Below, in pieces: positions 1 through 9,796 of a DNA stretch of 64,000 bases (its first letter is position 1; the number at the start of each line of letters is the position of its first letter). The stretch is from NCBI GenBank assembly GCA_963667035.1, contig OY762964.1:2816001-2880000 (forward strand). Direction: 5' to 3'. A program made the translations under genes and the position numbers. The DNA is from Candidatus Cloacimonadales bacterium. GTDB lineage: Bacteria > Cloacimonadota > Cloacimonadia > Cloacimonadales > JAFGVF01. The notes beneath the pieces are model-generated. The model was not told the DNA's origin. It worked only from the letters and a program-made list of their open reading frames with translations, and ran no database searches.

Positions 1-1
1 T

Positions 2-3000
2 ATGTCATTAGACTCTGCAGAAAGCATGAATTTTGAAGTAATATTCAATCCGGAAGATGAAGGACAGTTGTCTGCAACCGTATCTATTACTGATGATTTA
101 CGTCAGGTTCATACAATGACATTTACAGGTGAAGGATACTATGCAACTATAGATGCCTTCCCATTCTCTGAAACATTTGAAAGTGCAACTGTGCCTACCG
201 ACTGGACTATTGACCCTGTAGTTGCAAGTGATAGCTGGGAAGTAGCAAGTAGTAACATAGGTGACCATGGAGCCAGTACTGATGCTTCAGGTACAGGTGG
301 CTATTGGATGGTTGTAGATGACTCTACACCTGAAACAGTACCATCACACTTATACACTCCTCCTTTTGATTTTACTAACTTATCAAACCCACTGTTAACA
401 TTCAATTATTGGATTGGTGATGATACCAATACATCAACACTTAATATTGATATTATATCTGGTGGAGTAGTCACCTCTGATGTTGCTATAGTACAAGAAC
501 CTAACGGCTCAACAGCATGGACTTATACAGAAGTTTCTCTAGCTACTTTTGCCGGTCAGAATATCATGATTGATTTCAGAGCTATGGAGTCAGAAAGTTT
601 CTATGGAGATATTTGTATTGATGATGTTAGTATTTATGATAATTCACTTCCTCCTGCAGCAACTACTTTAATAGCTCCTACAGATACAGAAACGGGTGTT
701 CCAATGACAGGAACATTAGATTGGAACTTTGCTCAAGGAGCTTCGGGATACTATGTTAATCTTGGAACCGATAATCCTCCATCAAATGTTTATAACATGA
801 GTGATGCCGGTAATAACACTGACGTCAACTATTCAGCATTAACTGCAGGTACAACTTATTATTGGCAGGTAATACCTTACAATATTAACGGTCAAACACC
901 TAACTGTCCCGTATGGTCATTTACAACCTTTAATGATATTCCAAATGCAGCAACTACACTATCTCCGCTAGATGGAGCTACATATCAAAGCAGTTATCCT
1001 ACATTTGTATGGGAGAGTGGTGGTAATTTCCCTGACGGTTATAAACTTAATTTGGGAACAGACAACCCTCCAACAAATGTATATCTTAATCATGATTTAG
1101 GATTTGTTACGACTTATGTAAGTGAAACCGAACTAGCTCCCGAGACAACTTACTTTTGGCAAATAGTTCCCTATAACTTCGTAGGTGATGCTCTAAACTG
1201 CCCTATATGGAGCTTTATGACTGCTCCTGAAGGATTAGTTGTTGTTGGTAACGGGACAGAGATTAATCAACACCTTCCAATTGAACCATATTATGGGTAT
1301 TCATACTCTCAGACAATCTATCAACAGAATGAGCTCAATGTACCAAATCAAAGAATAGAAAGTATACTTTATTACTACAATGGTGCAAACACTCTGGCTA
1401 ACTGCTATGATTGGATTATTTACATGACCCATACAACAGAAACTGAGTTCAGTAATAGTACATCTTGGATTCCTATTAATCAGTTTACTGAAGTTTTTAA
1501 TGCTACTATCCAACCTCCAAATGGAGAAGGATGGATTGAGTTCATTTTAGAAACACCATTTATTTATAACAATACTGACAATCTTGTTATAGCAGTGGAA
1601 GAAAACATGCCTAATTTCGGTACAACTAATGAGGAATTCTACTGTTCAGCTACTTCTAATTCTAGAAGTATCTATTATTATAGTGACAGTACCAATCCTG
1701 ACCCAACAGCTCCTCCGGCAGGCAATCTTCTATCTATGATTCCTAATACTATGTTCTATTTTGACGATTTACCAGTAGGACCGGAACTATTTTACCGTCC
1801 AATGCATCATAACTATGGAACTGTTTATACGAACACTCAATCAGATCCTGTTACATTTACATTACAGAATACAGGTATAGGAACTTTAGTTATCAATTCA
1901 TTAGGTCTTGCAAACACTACTGATTTTGATTTAACTGATAACAATACTTATCCTGTTAGCTTAAACACATCTGAAACAATCACTATCGATGTAGTTTTTA
2001 ATCCTACAGTTCAAGGGTTGATATCAAGTTCAATTGATGTAACAATGCCTGATAGTGTAGCTCATATTCCAATTTCAGGAACTGGTTTCGATCAAACAGT
2101 TTCTGTATTCCCTTACACAGAGAATTTTGATGTTTTGGAATTACCTATAGGATGGACACAAGGAACAGAAGATCAATTTGATTGGTCATTTGGAATAACA
2201 ACACCTTCCTCTGATACAGGTCCACAAAACGGCGACCACACTTCAGGAACAGGAGGATTTGCTTATACAGAGGCTTCAAGTCAAGTCAATTCAAGATTTG
2301 ACCTTATTTCTCCACCACTAGACATAACTTTACTATCTAATCCTTTCTGCACAATCTGGTACAATATGTATGGTCAAACAATGGGCTCATTACACTTTGA
2401 TATCTGGAATGGAACAGAATGGGTAGAAGATGCTTTCCCTGAAGTAGTTGGTGACCAAGGTCAAGACTGGCATTTTGCTGATATAAGTCTTGGTGGTTAT
2501 GGTTCCATTGTTCAGGTTAGATTCAGAGGATTAACCGGAACAGACTATTATAGCGATATAAGTATTGATGACTTTAGTGTTTGGAATAATAATCAACCAC
2601 CTGTAGCAACAACGTTGGTATCTCCTGCAGACGCTTCAACCGATATTCCTATGACAGGAGCTCTTAGTTGGAATCCGTCTTTGGCATCTAGCGGTTACTA
2701 TATTTCTATAGGAACAGATAACCCACCAACTGATGTCTTTGACATGTTTGATGTTGGTAATTCATTCACTTATAATTATTCAGGATTACAACCAGGTGTA
2801 ACATATTACTGGATGGTAACACCTTATAACTCTATCGGTCAAGCAACAAACTGTCCTGTTTGGTCATTTACAACCTTTAACGATATACCTAATCCTGCTA
2901 ATGTAGTTTATCCTGCAGATGGTGCATTGAATTCATACGTAACAATGACACTTGAATGGCAAGACGGAGGTAACTATCCTGACGGTTATAGACTATACTT

Positions 3001-5680
3001 AGGAACAGATGTTCCTCCTACAAACGTATTCGATGGATTAGACGTAGGATTTACTACTAGTTATGATATAACAGTTCCACTTGAATACAGTACTCAATAC
3101 TACTGGCAAGTTATTCCATATAACTTTGTTGGAGATGCTCTAAATTGTCCTATTTGGACATTTACAACTCATCCTGAAGGTATGGTTATCCTTGGTGATG
3201 GAGCAGAAGAGAATCAGCATCTTCCTATAGAACCTTATTATGGATATACATATTCTCAATCCATTCATACTTTCCAAGAAATCGGAACTCCCGGATTTAT
3301 TACTAGCATTAGCTATTATTATAATGGGTTTGCTTCATTAACCAATTGTAACGATTGGATTATTTATCTTGGTTTAACAGACCAAAATGAATTTACTGAT
3401 GGAACTTCTTGGATTCCTTTAACAGAGCTCACTGAAGTTTGGAATGGAACTATCACATCTCCAACTGGTGCCGGATGGATTGATTTCCCTCTTATTGAAG
3501 AAAACTGGTTCTTGTATGACGGGAGCCAAAATCTGGTAATAGCTGTAGAAGAAAATCAATCAAACTTTGGTTCTAGTGACGAAGAATTCTACTGTACTCA
3601 AACCACTGAAAACAGATCTATCTATTACTATAGTGACAGTACTAATCCGGATCCTTCTACTCCACCAACAGGTACAGTATCAAGTTATATACCAAATACT
3701 CGCTTGTTTACATTACCTACCGGCGAAAATCCATATCCGATTATAACACCATCTTCATTGAGTTTTGGATTTGTTGATGTTGGAAGTAGTTCTGATACTA
3801 GAACTATTACAATACGTAACGTTGGTCAGGACTCATTATATATTGATGTCAACATTGCTATTCAAGGCGATGATGCAGCTGACTTTGTTTTGGAAGATAA
3901 TAATACTTATCCTGTACAAGTAAACTATCTGGAAACTGTAGATATCGAAATCACTTTTGAACCGGGAACTGAAGGTTTCAAAACAGCAGAAATTGTGATT
4001 ATTGATAATGCTCCGGATGACGCAAGAATGGGTAGATTACCTAGACAAGTACATACTTTACCAATTTCAGGTAGAGGATATTTCCTTGATGGTAATGACG
4101 ATCCAAGTGATGCAACTCAGTTAGCATTAAATATTTCAAACTATGAAGAGATGATATATCCTGAAACAGAAACAGATTGGTATTCATTCTGGATAACAGC
4201 TCCTGCTACACTTACAACTTATACAGAGTTAATCAATGGTTCACAATTAGATACATACATGTGCCTCTACGGACCTTATGATAGCCCAAGTGAAAACGTT
4301 AACGAACAAATGTATATCATGGCAGACGATGATAGTAATAATAATAGTCAGCCAAGAATAGAGATTCCTCTTACAGATAGTGGTTTCTATTACATTCGCT
4401 TATCTCAATTCCAAAACGTTCCTGCAGGAATGAGACCATTCAAGAAACGTGATTTTGTTGAGAGTCAGAGAAATGTAACAGGTGAATATTCATTAACTGT
4501 TCATTCAACTAACCCTGTTCCACCTGAAGATTATTATCCACCGGTAAATCTATTAGCCGAGAGCTTATTTAATGGTATTGAGTTAACATGGGATGCTCCG
4601 ACAGTTCCGGCTAGATCTTTGGATGGATATAATGTATATCGTGATGATGTAATGATAAATACTGAGACAGTAAATTCTACTATATTCATTGATTACGATG
4701 TAACAGTTGGATCAACTTATGAATATAAGGTTAGTTCAGTATACAACAACCCTCCCGGTGAGTCTGATCCATGTGATTCTCTTATGTACACTCACGTGGA
4801 AGTTGATGCCCCTATTATTTCTGAGAGCTTCGAAAACTATGAAGATTTCGCAACAGAAATCTATCCTTGGTTTAATATGGATGTTGACGGGGAAGATACT
4901 TTTGGTTTCACTAACGGAATTAACTTCCCCGGTGAAAGCAATCCTATGTCATTTATAGTTTTCAATCCTGGTAGTACAGTACCACCTCTTCAATTTGCAA
5001 ATGCTTATAATGGTGATAAATATGCTGCTTGTTTTGCTGCTGAATCGAATACTAATAATGACTGGCTAATCACTCCTCATCTTGATTTAGGTGAGAATAT
5101 TACTGAGTTATCTTTCTGGGCTCGTTCTTATACTACTCAATATGGTCCCGAACAACTTAGAGTATGTATATCAACAACCGGAAATGATCCTAGTAACTTC
5201 ACACCTATAGTAACAGATGAAATACATGGTGTTCCTTTAGATTGGACATATTATCAGTATGATCTTTCTGAATATGCTGATCAGCTCGTTTACATTGGTT
5301 TTAACTGTATCTCTGAGCAAACTTTCTTCTTAATGATTGATGATATAATTGTTAGTAGTGATGGAGGTTCAGTAGGAAATGAACAACCGGAAGTAATTCC
5401 TGCTGCTACTGAATTGTGTGGAAACTATCCTAATCCATTTAATCCAACAACAACAATTAAATTCAATATCAACGAAGGTAAGAAAGTTAGTGTAAATATC
5501 TACAATATACGTGGTCAAAAAGTTAAATCATTAACAAACGATTACTATAATGCTGGTACTCATACATTAGTTTGGAATGGTACGGATAATAACAATAAGA
5601 ATGTAAGTAGCGGTATCTATTTCTTTAAAATGAAAGCCGGATCTTACACAAGAACCAAGAAAATGATACTTATGAAATAG
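2..5680 (+). CDS. Large secreted multidomain surface protein, probably 5'-truncated by the window edge: repeated Ig-like, MAM-like and FN3-like modules, a cleaved-adhesin (choice-of-anchor J)-like domain, and a C-terminal T9SS/FlgD-Ig-type sorting domain
   Basis: ORF open from base 2 and begins mid-domain. MAM-like motifs (GDHTSGTGGFAY, DISIDD), FN3-like YYWQVIPYN repeats, NDWLITP adhesin motif, and C-terminus GNYPNPFNPTT...SSGIYF...TKKMILMK. Confidence 0.85.
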   Translation: MSLDSAESMNFEVIFNPEDEGQLSATVSITDDLRQVHTMTFTGEGYYATIDAFPFSETFESATVPTDWTIDPVVASDSWEVASSNIGDHGASTDASGTGGYWMVVDDSTPETVPSHLYTPPFDFTNLSNPLLTFNYWIGDDTNTSTLNIDIISGGVVTSDVAIVQEPNGSTAWTYTEVSLATFAGQNIMIDFRAMESESFYGDICIDDVSIYDNSLPPAATTLIAPTDTETGVPMTGTLDWNFAQGASGYYVNLGTDNPPSNVYNMSDAGNNTDVNYSALTAGTTYYWQVIPYNINGQTPNCPVWSFTTFNDIPNAATTLSPLDGATYQSSYPTFVWESGGNFPDGYKLNLGTDNPPTNVYLNHDLGFVTTYVSETELAPETTYFWQIVPYNFVGDALNCPIWSFMTAPEGLVVVGNGTEINQHLPIEPYYGYSYSQTIYQQNELNVPNQRIESILYYYNGANTLANCYDWIIYMTHTTETEFSNSTSWIPINQFTEVFNATIQPPNGEGWIEFILETPFIYNNTDNLVIAVEENMPNFGTTNEEFYCSATSNSRSIYYYSDSTNPDPTAPPAGNLLSMIPNTMFYFDDLPVGPELFYRPMHHNYGTVYTNTQSDPVTFTLQNTGIGTLVINSLGLANTTDFDLTDNNTYPVSLNTSETITIDVVFNPTVQGLISSSIDVTMPDSVAHIPISGTGFDQTVSVFPYTENFDVLELPIGWTQGTEDQFDWSFGITTPSSDTGPQNGDHTSGTGGFAYTEASSQVNSRFDLISPPLDITLLSNPFCTIWYNMYGQTMGSLHFDIWNGTEWVEDAFPEVVGDQGQDWHFADISLGGYGSIVQVRFRGLTGTDYYSDISIDDFSVWNNNQPPVATTLVSPADASTDIPMTGALSWNPSLASSGYYISIGTDNPPTDVFDMFDVGNSFTYNYSGLQPGVTYYWMVTPYNSIGQATNCPVWSFTTFNDIPNPANVVYPADGALNSYVTMTLEWQDGGNYPDGYRLYLGTDVPPTNVFDGLDVGFTTSYDITVPLEYSTQYYWQVIPYNFVGDALNCPIWTFTTHPEGMVILGDGAEENQHLPIEPYYGYTYSQSIHTFQEIGTPGFITSISYYYNGFASLTNCNDWIIYLGLTDQNEFTDGTSWIPLTELTEVWNGTITSPTGAGWIDFPLIEENWFLYDGSQNLVIAVEENQSNFGSSDEEFYCTQTTENRSIYYYSDSTNPDPSTPPTGTVSSYIPNTRLFTLPTGENPYPIITPSSLSFGFVDVGSSSDTRTITIRNVGQDSLYIDVNIAIQGDDAADFVLEDNNTYPVQVNYLETVDIEITFEPGTEGFKTAEIVIIDNAPDDARMGRLPRQVHTLPISGRGYFLDGNDDPSDATQLALNISNYEEMIYPETETDWYSFWITAPATLTTYTELINGSQLDTYMCLYGPYDSPSENVNEQMYIMADDDSNNNSQPRIEIPLTDSGFYYIRLSQFQNVPAGMRPFKKRDFVESQRNVTGEYSLTVHSTNPVPPEDYYPPVNLLAESLFNGIELTWDAPTVPARSLDGYNVYRDDVMINTETVNSTIFIDYDVTVGSTYEYKVSSVYNNPPGESDPCDSLMYTHVEVDAPIISESFENYEDFATEIYPWFNMDVDGEDTFGFTNGINFPGESNPMSFIVFNPGSTVPPLQFANAYNGDKYAACFAAESNTNNDWLITPHLDLGENITELSFWARSYTTQYGPEQLRVCISTTGNDPSNFTPIVTDEIHGVPLDWTYYQYDLSEYADQLVYIGFNCISEQTFFLMIDDIIVSSDGGSVGNEQPEVIPAATELCGNYPNPFNPTTTIKFNINEGKKVSVNIYNIRGQKVKSLTNDYYNAGTHTLVWNGTDNNNKNVSSGIYFFKMKAGSYTRTKKMILMK

Positions 5681-5693
5681 TATCAAAGATAAT

Positions 5694-5730
5694 AAAAAAG
5701 AGCCGACATTTATGTTGGCTCTTTTCTTTT
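5694..5730 (+). terminator. Intrinsic terminator
   Basis: AAGAGCCGACA-TTTA-TGTTGGCTCTT hairpin followed by a T-tract, just after the stop codon at 5680. Confidence 0.85.
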
Positions 5731-5864
5731 ATATTCTAGTTTAATTGGCATTTCCAATCAATTTTTACTCCAGATTCAAATATAACAATAAATAATCTAT
5801 TTCAACCATTATAAGTTATACCGGAAAGAGTTATAGTGCCTGTCTACAAAGTATTGACTAAAAA

Positions 5865-6036
5865 TTATACACGTAATCTTAATAAATCTATAACTCTTTG
5901 CTTTATATGAAACTTATAACTTATTCACATAAGTGTGTATATTTAATACAACTTTATAACTACTTATTTTTAAATAAATTACTAGTAAAGTAAACTTAAT
6001 TAACAAGGGTTTTATGCGAGTTATCCACACTTGACA
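5865..6036. promoter_or_regulatory. DnaA-box cluster upstream of dnaA with a -35 hexamer
   Basis: TTATACACG 5865-5873, TTATTCACA 5921-5929, TGTGTATAT 5934-5942 (reverse orientation), perfect TTATCCACA 6021-6029, and TTGACA 6031-6036. Confidence 0.8.
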
Positions 6037-6124
6037 AAACATAATAAGAAGCAATTTTTGAGTCATCATGGCATTGATAATAATCCAATGAATTACAATA
6101 AATTTTTTACGGCGGTATCATTAA

Positions 6125-7459
6125 ATGAATAGTGAATTGTGGAACAACGTACTACAAAAGCTCGAAGAAAATGTTAAACCTCAAACTTACAGAACTTGGT
6201 TTAACGATTCTCAATTTGTTTCTCTTAAAGATAACTTACTAATAGTAAAAGTTCAGACTGATTTCGCAGCAAATTATCTTAACAAGAACTATGAAAAACT
6301 AATAAGGGAAATACTTACCAGTCTTTACAACGAAAAATATCAAATCAGATTTGTCAGTAAAATAGCTCAGCCTAAGAAAGAGATAGCATCAGAAAAGGCT
6401 AATGGGATTGAAATTAACAGTCCTAATCATAAGTTAAGAGATAGATACAATTTTGATGAGTTTGTTGTTGGAAAAAATAATAACTTTGCTTATTCAGCAG
6501 CATTAGGTGTTGCTGAAAACCCTGGTAGAAACTACAACCCATTGTTTATATACGGTGAATCAGGAATGGGAAAAACACATCTTATGCAAGCAATCGGTAA
6601 CTTTGCTTTGGAAAATGATCCTGAGTTAGTTATCTATTATACATCTACCGAAACCTTTACTAATGAAATGATTGAAGCTATTCAAACAAACAGCATGCAT
6701 AAATTCAGAGCTAAATATAGGAATGTTGATATACTTCTGGTAGATGATATTCACTTTCTTTCCAGAAAAGAGGGGACTCAAGAAGAATTTTTTCATACCT
6801 TCAACGCTTTATTAGATAATAAGAAACAAATAGTTTTAACAAGTGATAGACCTCCAAAAGACATTGAAGATTTGGAGAAAAGACTTGTAACTAGATTTGA
6901 GAGTGGATTGTTAGCCGACTTGAAAAGTCCTGATTTTGAAACTAGGGTTGCTATATTAAAAAAGAAAATCGAAACAGAATCATTCTTTTTACCACAAGAT
7001 GTAATATCATATATTGCTGAGAGCATTTATACAAGTGTAAGAGCTCTTGAAGGCTCCTTAGTCAGAATTATTGCTCATACTTCCTTTAATAAAATTCCTC
7101 CGGAAGAAATTACAATTGATATGGTAGGATCAGTATTATCTGATTTAATATCTCATAAAAAACAAGAGATAACTTTAGACAAAATACTAGAGACTGTTTC
7201 ACTCAAATATGGAATACCTCAACAACAACTACTCGATAAGACCAGAAAGAAAAATATTGCCTTCCCTAGACATGTAGCAATGTATCTTTCGAATATTCTT
7301 ATACCATCTTTATCTCTCAAAGAAATAGCGACTTTTTTTAAAAGAAAGGATCACACCACAGTTATTCATGCTAAGGTAAATATTGAGAGTAAATTTAAAT
7401 CAGACCCTGATTTTAGAAGCGAAATAGAGACTATAATAGCCGATATTAGAGATATTTAA
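6125..7459 (+). CDS. dnaA: Chromosomal replication initiator DnaA
   Basis: NPLFIYGESGMGKTHL Walker A, LLVDD Walker B, QEEFFHTFN, and DHTTVIHA domain IV. Confidence 0.99.
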   Translation: MNSELWNNVLQKLEENVKPQTYRTWFNDSQFVSLKDNLLIVKVQTDFAANYLNKNYEKLIREILTSLYNEKYQIRFVSKIAQPKKEIASEKANGIEINSPNHKLRDRYNFDEFVVGKNNNFAYSAALGVAENPGRNYNPLFIYGESGMGKTHLMQAIGNFALENDPELVIYYTSTETFTNEMIEAIQTNSMHKFRAKYRNVDILLVDDIHFLSRKEGTQEEFFHTFNALLDNKKQIVLTSDRPPKDIEDLEKRLVTRFESGLLADLKSPDFETRVAILKKKIETESFFLPQDVISYIAESIYTSVRALEGSLVRIIAHTSFNKIPPEEITIDMVGSVLSDLISHKKQEITLDKILETVSLKYGIPQQQLLDKTRKKNIAFPRHVAMYLSNILIPSLSLKEIATFFKRKDHTTVIHAKVNIESKFKSDPDFRSEIETIIADIRDI

Positions 7460-7489
7460 AGTCTTGCATAGCATGACTTTATTTTTTTG
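7458..7489 (+). terminator. Probable intrinsic terminator of dnaA
   Basis: AAAGTCTTGC-ATA-GCATGACTTT (9/10 paired) followed by ATTTTTTT. Confidence 0.6.
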
Positions 7490-7498
7490 TCTATTAAG

Positions 7499-7730
7499 TT
7501 ATCCACAAGCTAAGAATAATTAGTGTCAATAACTGTTTATAAGTGATGAATAGAAGTTGTTATCAAAATCTATGTGGATAGATTGTGTATAAAAGTTAAG
7601 TTATCCACTGACTACTCACATTTAAGATATTAATGCAACTAATGAAAAATAAAGCTTTACAAAATTCAAATGTGACTTTTCAACAAATTCACATACCCTA
7701 CTACTACTACTGTTTTTTTTATATTAATAG
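7499..7730. other. oriC: oriC downstream element: DnaA boxes, DnaA-trios and AT-rich unwinding region
   Basis: TTATCCACA 7499-7507, TGTGGATAG 7573-7581, TGTGTATAA 7584-7592, TTATCCACT 7601-7609, overlapping TTTTCAACA/AAATTCACA 7677-7693, CCC, CTACTACTACTACTG 7698-7712, then a T8 tract. Confidence 0.88.
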
Positions 7731-7741
7731 GAGAATTAATA

Positions 7742-8986
7742 ATGTATAGAATTAGGATTATTTTTAGCCTGTTAGTAATGATACTGTTCATTACTGCATG
7801 CCAAGATGATAGAAATACTCTAGGAACAGGTTTAGATACACAACTTCCCATTGTAGCAAAAACAAACATTGATTCATTATTGTACTTTAGTTATGATAGT
7901 GATTTGAATATTGTAAGCGGAGAAACCAATATTATTTGTGCAAACAATAATTCTTTAGAATCAATTATTCTTATGAATTTTTATAACATGCCCACCGAAA
8001 CTGATTCTCTCAGTGATGCAATTCTAAAAATAAGTATAATCGAAGAAAAATCAAGCTTCAATGCTGAAGATCTAAAATTGGGATTAATAAAGCGTAATTG
8101 GAGAGAAACTGCTACCTGGGAATCACCTTATCCTGATTCCACTAATTCTGTCTGGGATGTAACTTCAGATTTAGTTATTAATGGAACATATTGTACAAAT
8201 TCATTTCATGTAGATGGCGATAGTTTGGGTATTACTATACCAAAAGATTTGATAGATAATTGGGTAATTGAAGATATTAATGGCTACAATCTGGCATTAA
8301 TAATACAAGACGGTTATGTTGCAATTAAATCATCAGAGACATCTTACGGACCAAAATTAAGCTTTGATTATAAGAAAAATGATGAAACTAATAAATATAA
8401 CAGTGAATGCCTCTATGATACATATATAATAGAGAACAATAACGATAAACAAGTTTATGATAAACAGGTTTTTCTTCAGAACATCAAGCCTGTTCGAAGT
8501 TTTGTGAAATTTGATATTGAAGAAACTATACTTAGTATGAATGGCATTAACCAATCTAACTTAAATAAGCTTTTATTGAACAAAGCTGAACTAGTTTTTC
8601 ATATCGATAAAGATAATACGGAATACTATTCGGAAGAAAATGAAGATTATAATGAACTAGAAATAGATCTTCTTTGGCCAGAAAATGAGATAAATGAACC
8701 TATGGTAATCGAAAATGACGATTTAGACACAAATATCGATGATACCCCTTATCCATATTACCTTTTAAGATCATCTACCGTAGAAATAGCCGATTCTTTA
8801 GCTACAATTGATATTTCGCCTATAGTAGAAAACTATTTAAAAGGAAGAATGGCTAATCATGGTTTTGTTATGTATAACACAGAAGAAAGTGTCTTCTTTG
8901 GTAAGATTACCCTTGATGATTTCGATGTAGAAGATTCATTAAAACCATATTTAAAGATAATTTATACTATACCGGAAGAGGAATAG
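7742..8986 (+). CDS. Hypothetical lipoprotein (DUF4270-like)
   Basis: Hydrophobic signal ending in lipobox FITA-C, SD AGGAG upstream; the DUF4270 resemblance is tentative. Confidence 0.6.
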   Translation: MYRIRIIFSLLVMILFITACQDDRNTLGTGLDTQLPIVAKTNIDSLLYFSYDSDLNIVSGETNIICANNNSLESIILMNFYNMPTETDSLSDAILKISIIEEKSSFNAEDLKLGLIKRNWRETATWESPYPDSTNSVWDVTSDLVINGTYCTNSFHVDGDSLGITIPKDLIDNWVIEDINGYNLALIIQDGYVAIKSSETSYGPKLSFDYKKNDETNKYNSECLYDTYIIENNNDKQVYDKQVFLQNIKPVRSFVKFDIEETILSMNGINQSNLNKLLLNKAELVFHIDKDNTEYYSEENEDYNELEIDLLWPENEINEPMVIENDDLDTNIDDTPYPYYLLRSSTVEIADSLATIDISPIVENYLKGRMANHGFVMYNTEESVFFGKITLDDFDVEDSLKPYLKIIYTIPEEE

Positions 8987-8988
8987 AG

Positions 8989-9783
8989 ATGAAGAAATTC
9001 ATCGGTTTCTTTCTTCTTGTAATTCTTTTGATTGGGTGTGACAAAACAGATTCGGAAGTTATAGCCAGAGTTGGTGATAAAAAGCTAACATTAGAAGAAC
9101 TTAAATCTTTCTACAAAGATAATGAATGGGATTTTACGAGCAACGAAGAAAAAAGAAAAGTAGTTAGAGATTGGATGGATTTACAAGCTTTAGCTAACTA
9201 TGCTGACGAGATAGAACTAACTGAAGAAAAAACTGTTAGGCTTAAAATTGATTTAGCTGTAAATAAAGCAAAAGTTAATGCATTACTCTCAAGCGAAATG
9301 AACAAGATATCAATTACTGAAGATGAGCTTTTTAATTATTATAAGATACATCAAGGAGAGTACAAATCTCAAATTGATGCTTTCAAAATACAAAGGATTT
9401 TTGTTACGACAGATTCATTGTTAAATCATGTGCATACATTGCTAAAAAATAAAGAGAACTTTACTGATATAGTAAAAGAATATTCTGAAGAAAGAATAGC
9501 AGATAATGGTGGATACTATGGCTGGGTACATGAAAATGATGATGATTTGACAATGTATGAATGTGTAAAAAACTTGAAACCATATCAGTATAAGACCGTT
9601 AAAGTAAGAAATGGTTATTATATAGTAAGGTATTACAATACAAAGAAGATTGATATTGATGTTAGATATGAATCAATTAAATCTGAGTTAAAAGAAAAAC
9701 TATTAAAGGAAAAAAAAGAGAGGGTATACAATGAACTCTTAAAGTCATTGAAGAATACTTATGATATGTCTCTCTCATTTTAA
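8989..9783 (+). CDS. Parvulin-type PPIase/foldase lipoprotein (PrsA/SurA-like)
   Basis: Lipobox LLIG-C, VIARVGDKKLT, and FTDIVKEYSEE...NGGYYGW rotamase-like motif. Confidence 0.8.
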   Translation: MKKFIGFFLLVILLIGCDKTDSEVIARVGDKKLTLEELKSFYKDNEWDFTSNEEKRKVVRDWMDLQALANYADEIELTEEKTVRLKIDLAVNKAKVNALLSSEMNKISITEDELFNYYKIHQGEYKSQIDAFKIQRIFVTTDSLLNHVHTLLKNKENFTDIVKEYSEERIADNGGYYGWVHENDDDLTMYECVKNLKPYQYKTVKVRNGYYIVRYYNTKKIDIDVRYESIKSELKEKLLKEKKERVYNELLKSLKNTYDMSLSF

Positions 9784-9796
9784 AACAGGATACAGA

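Noticed and set aside
4516..4531. Third parS-like sequence TGTTCCACCTGAAGAT
   Set aside because: Only 12/16 matches with a broken CACGTG core, and it is explained by the coding sequence (VPPED).
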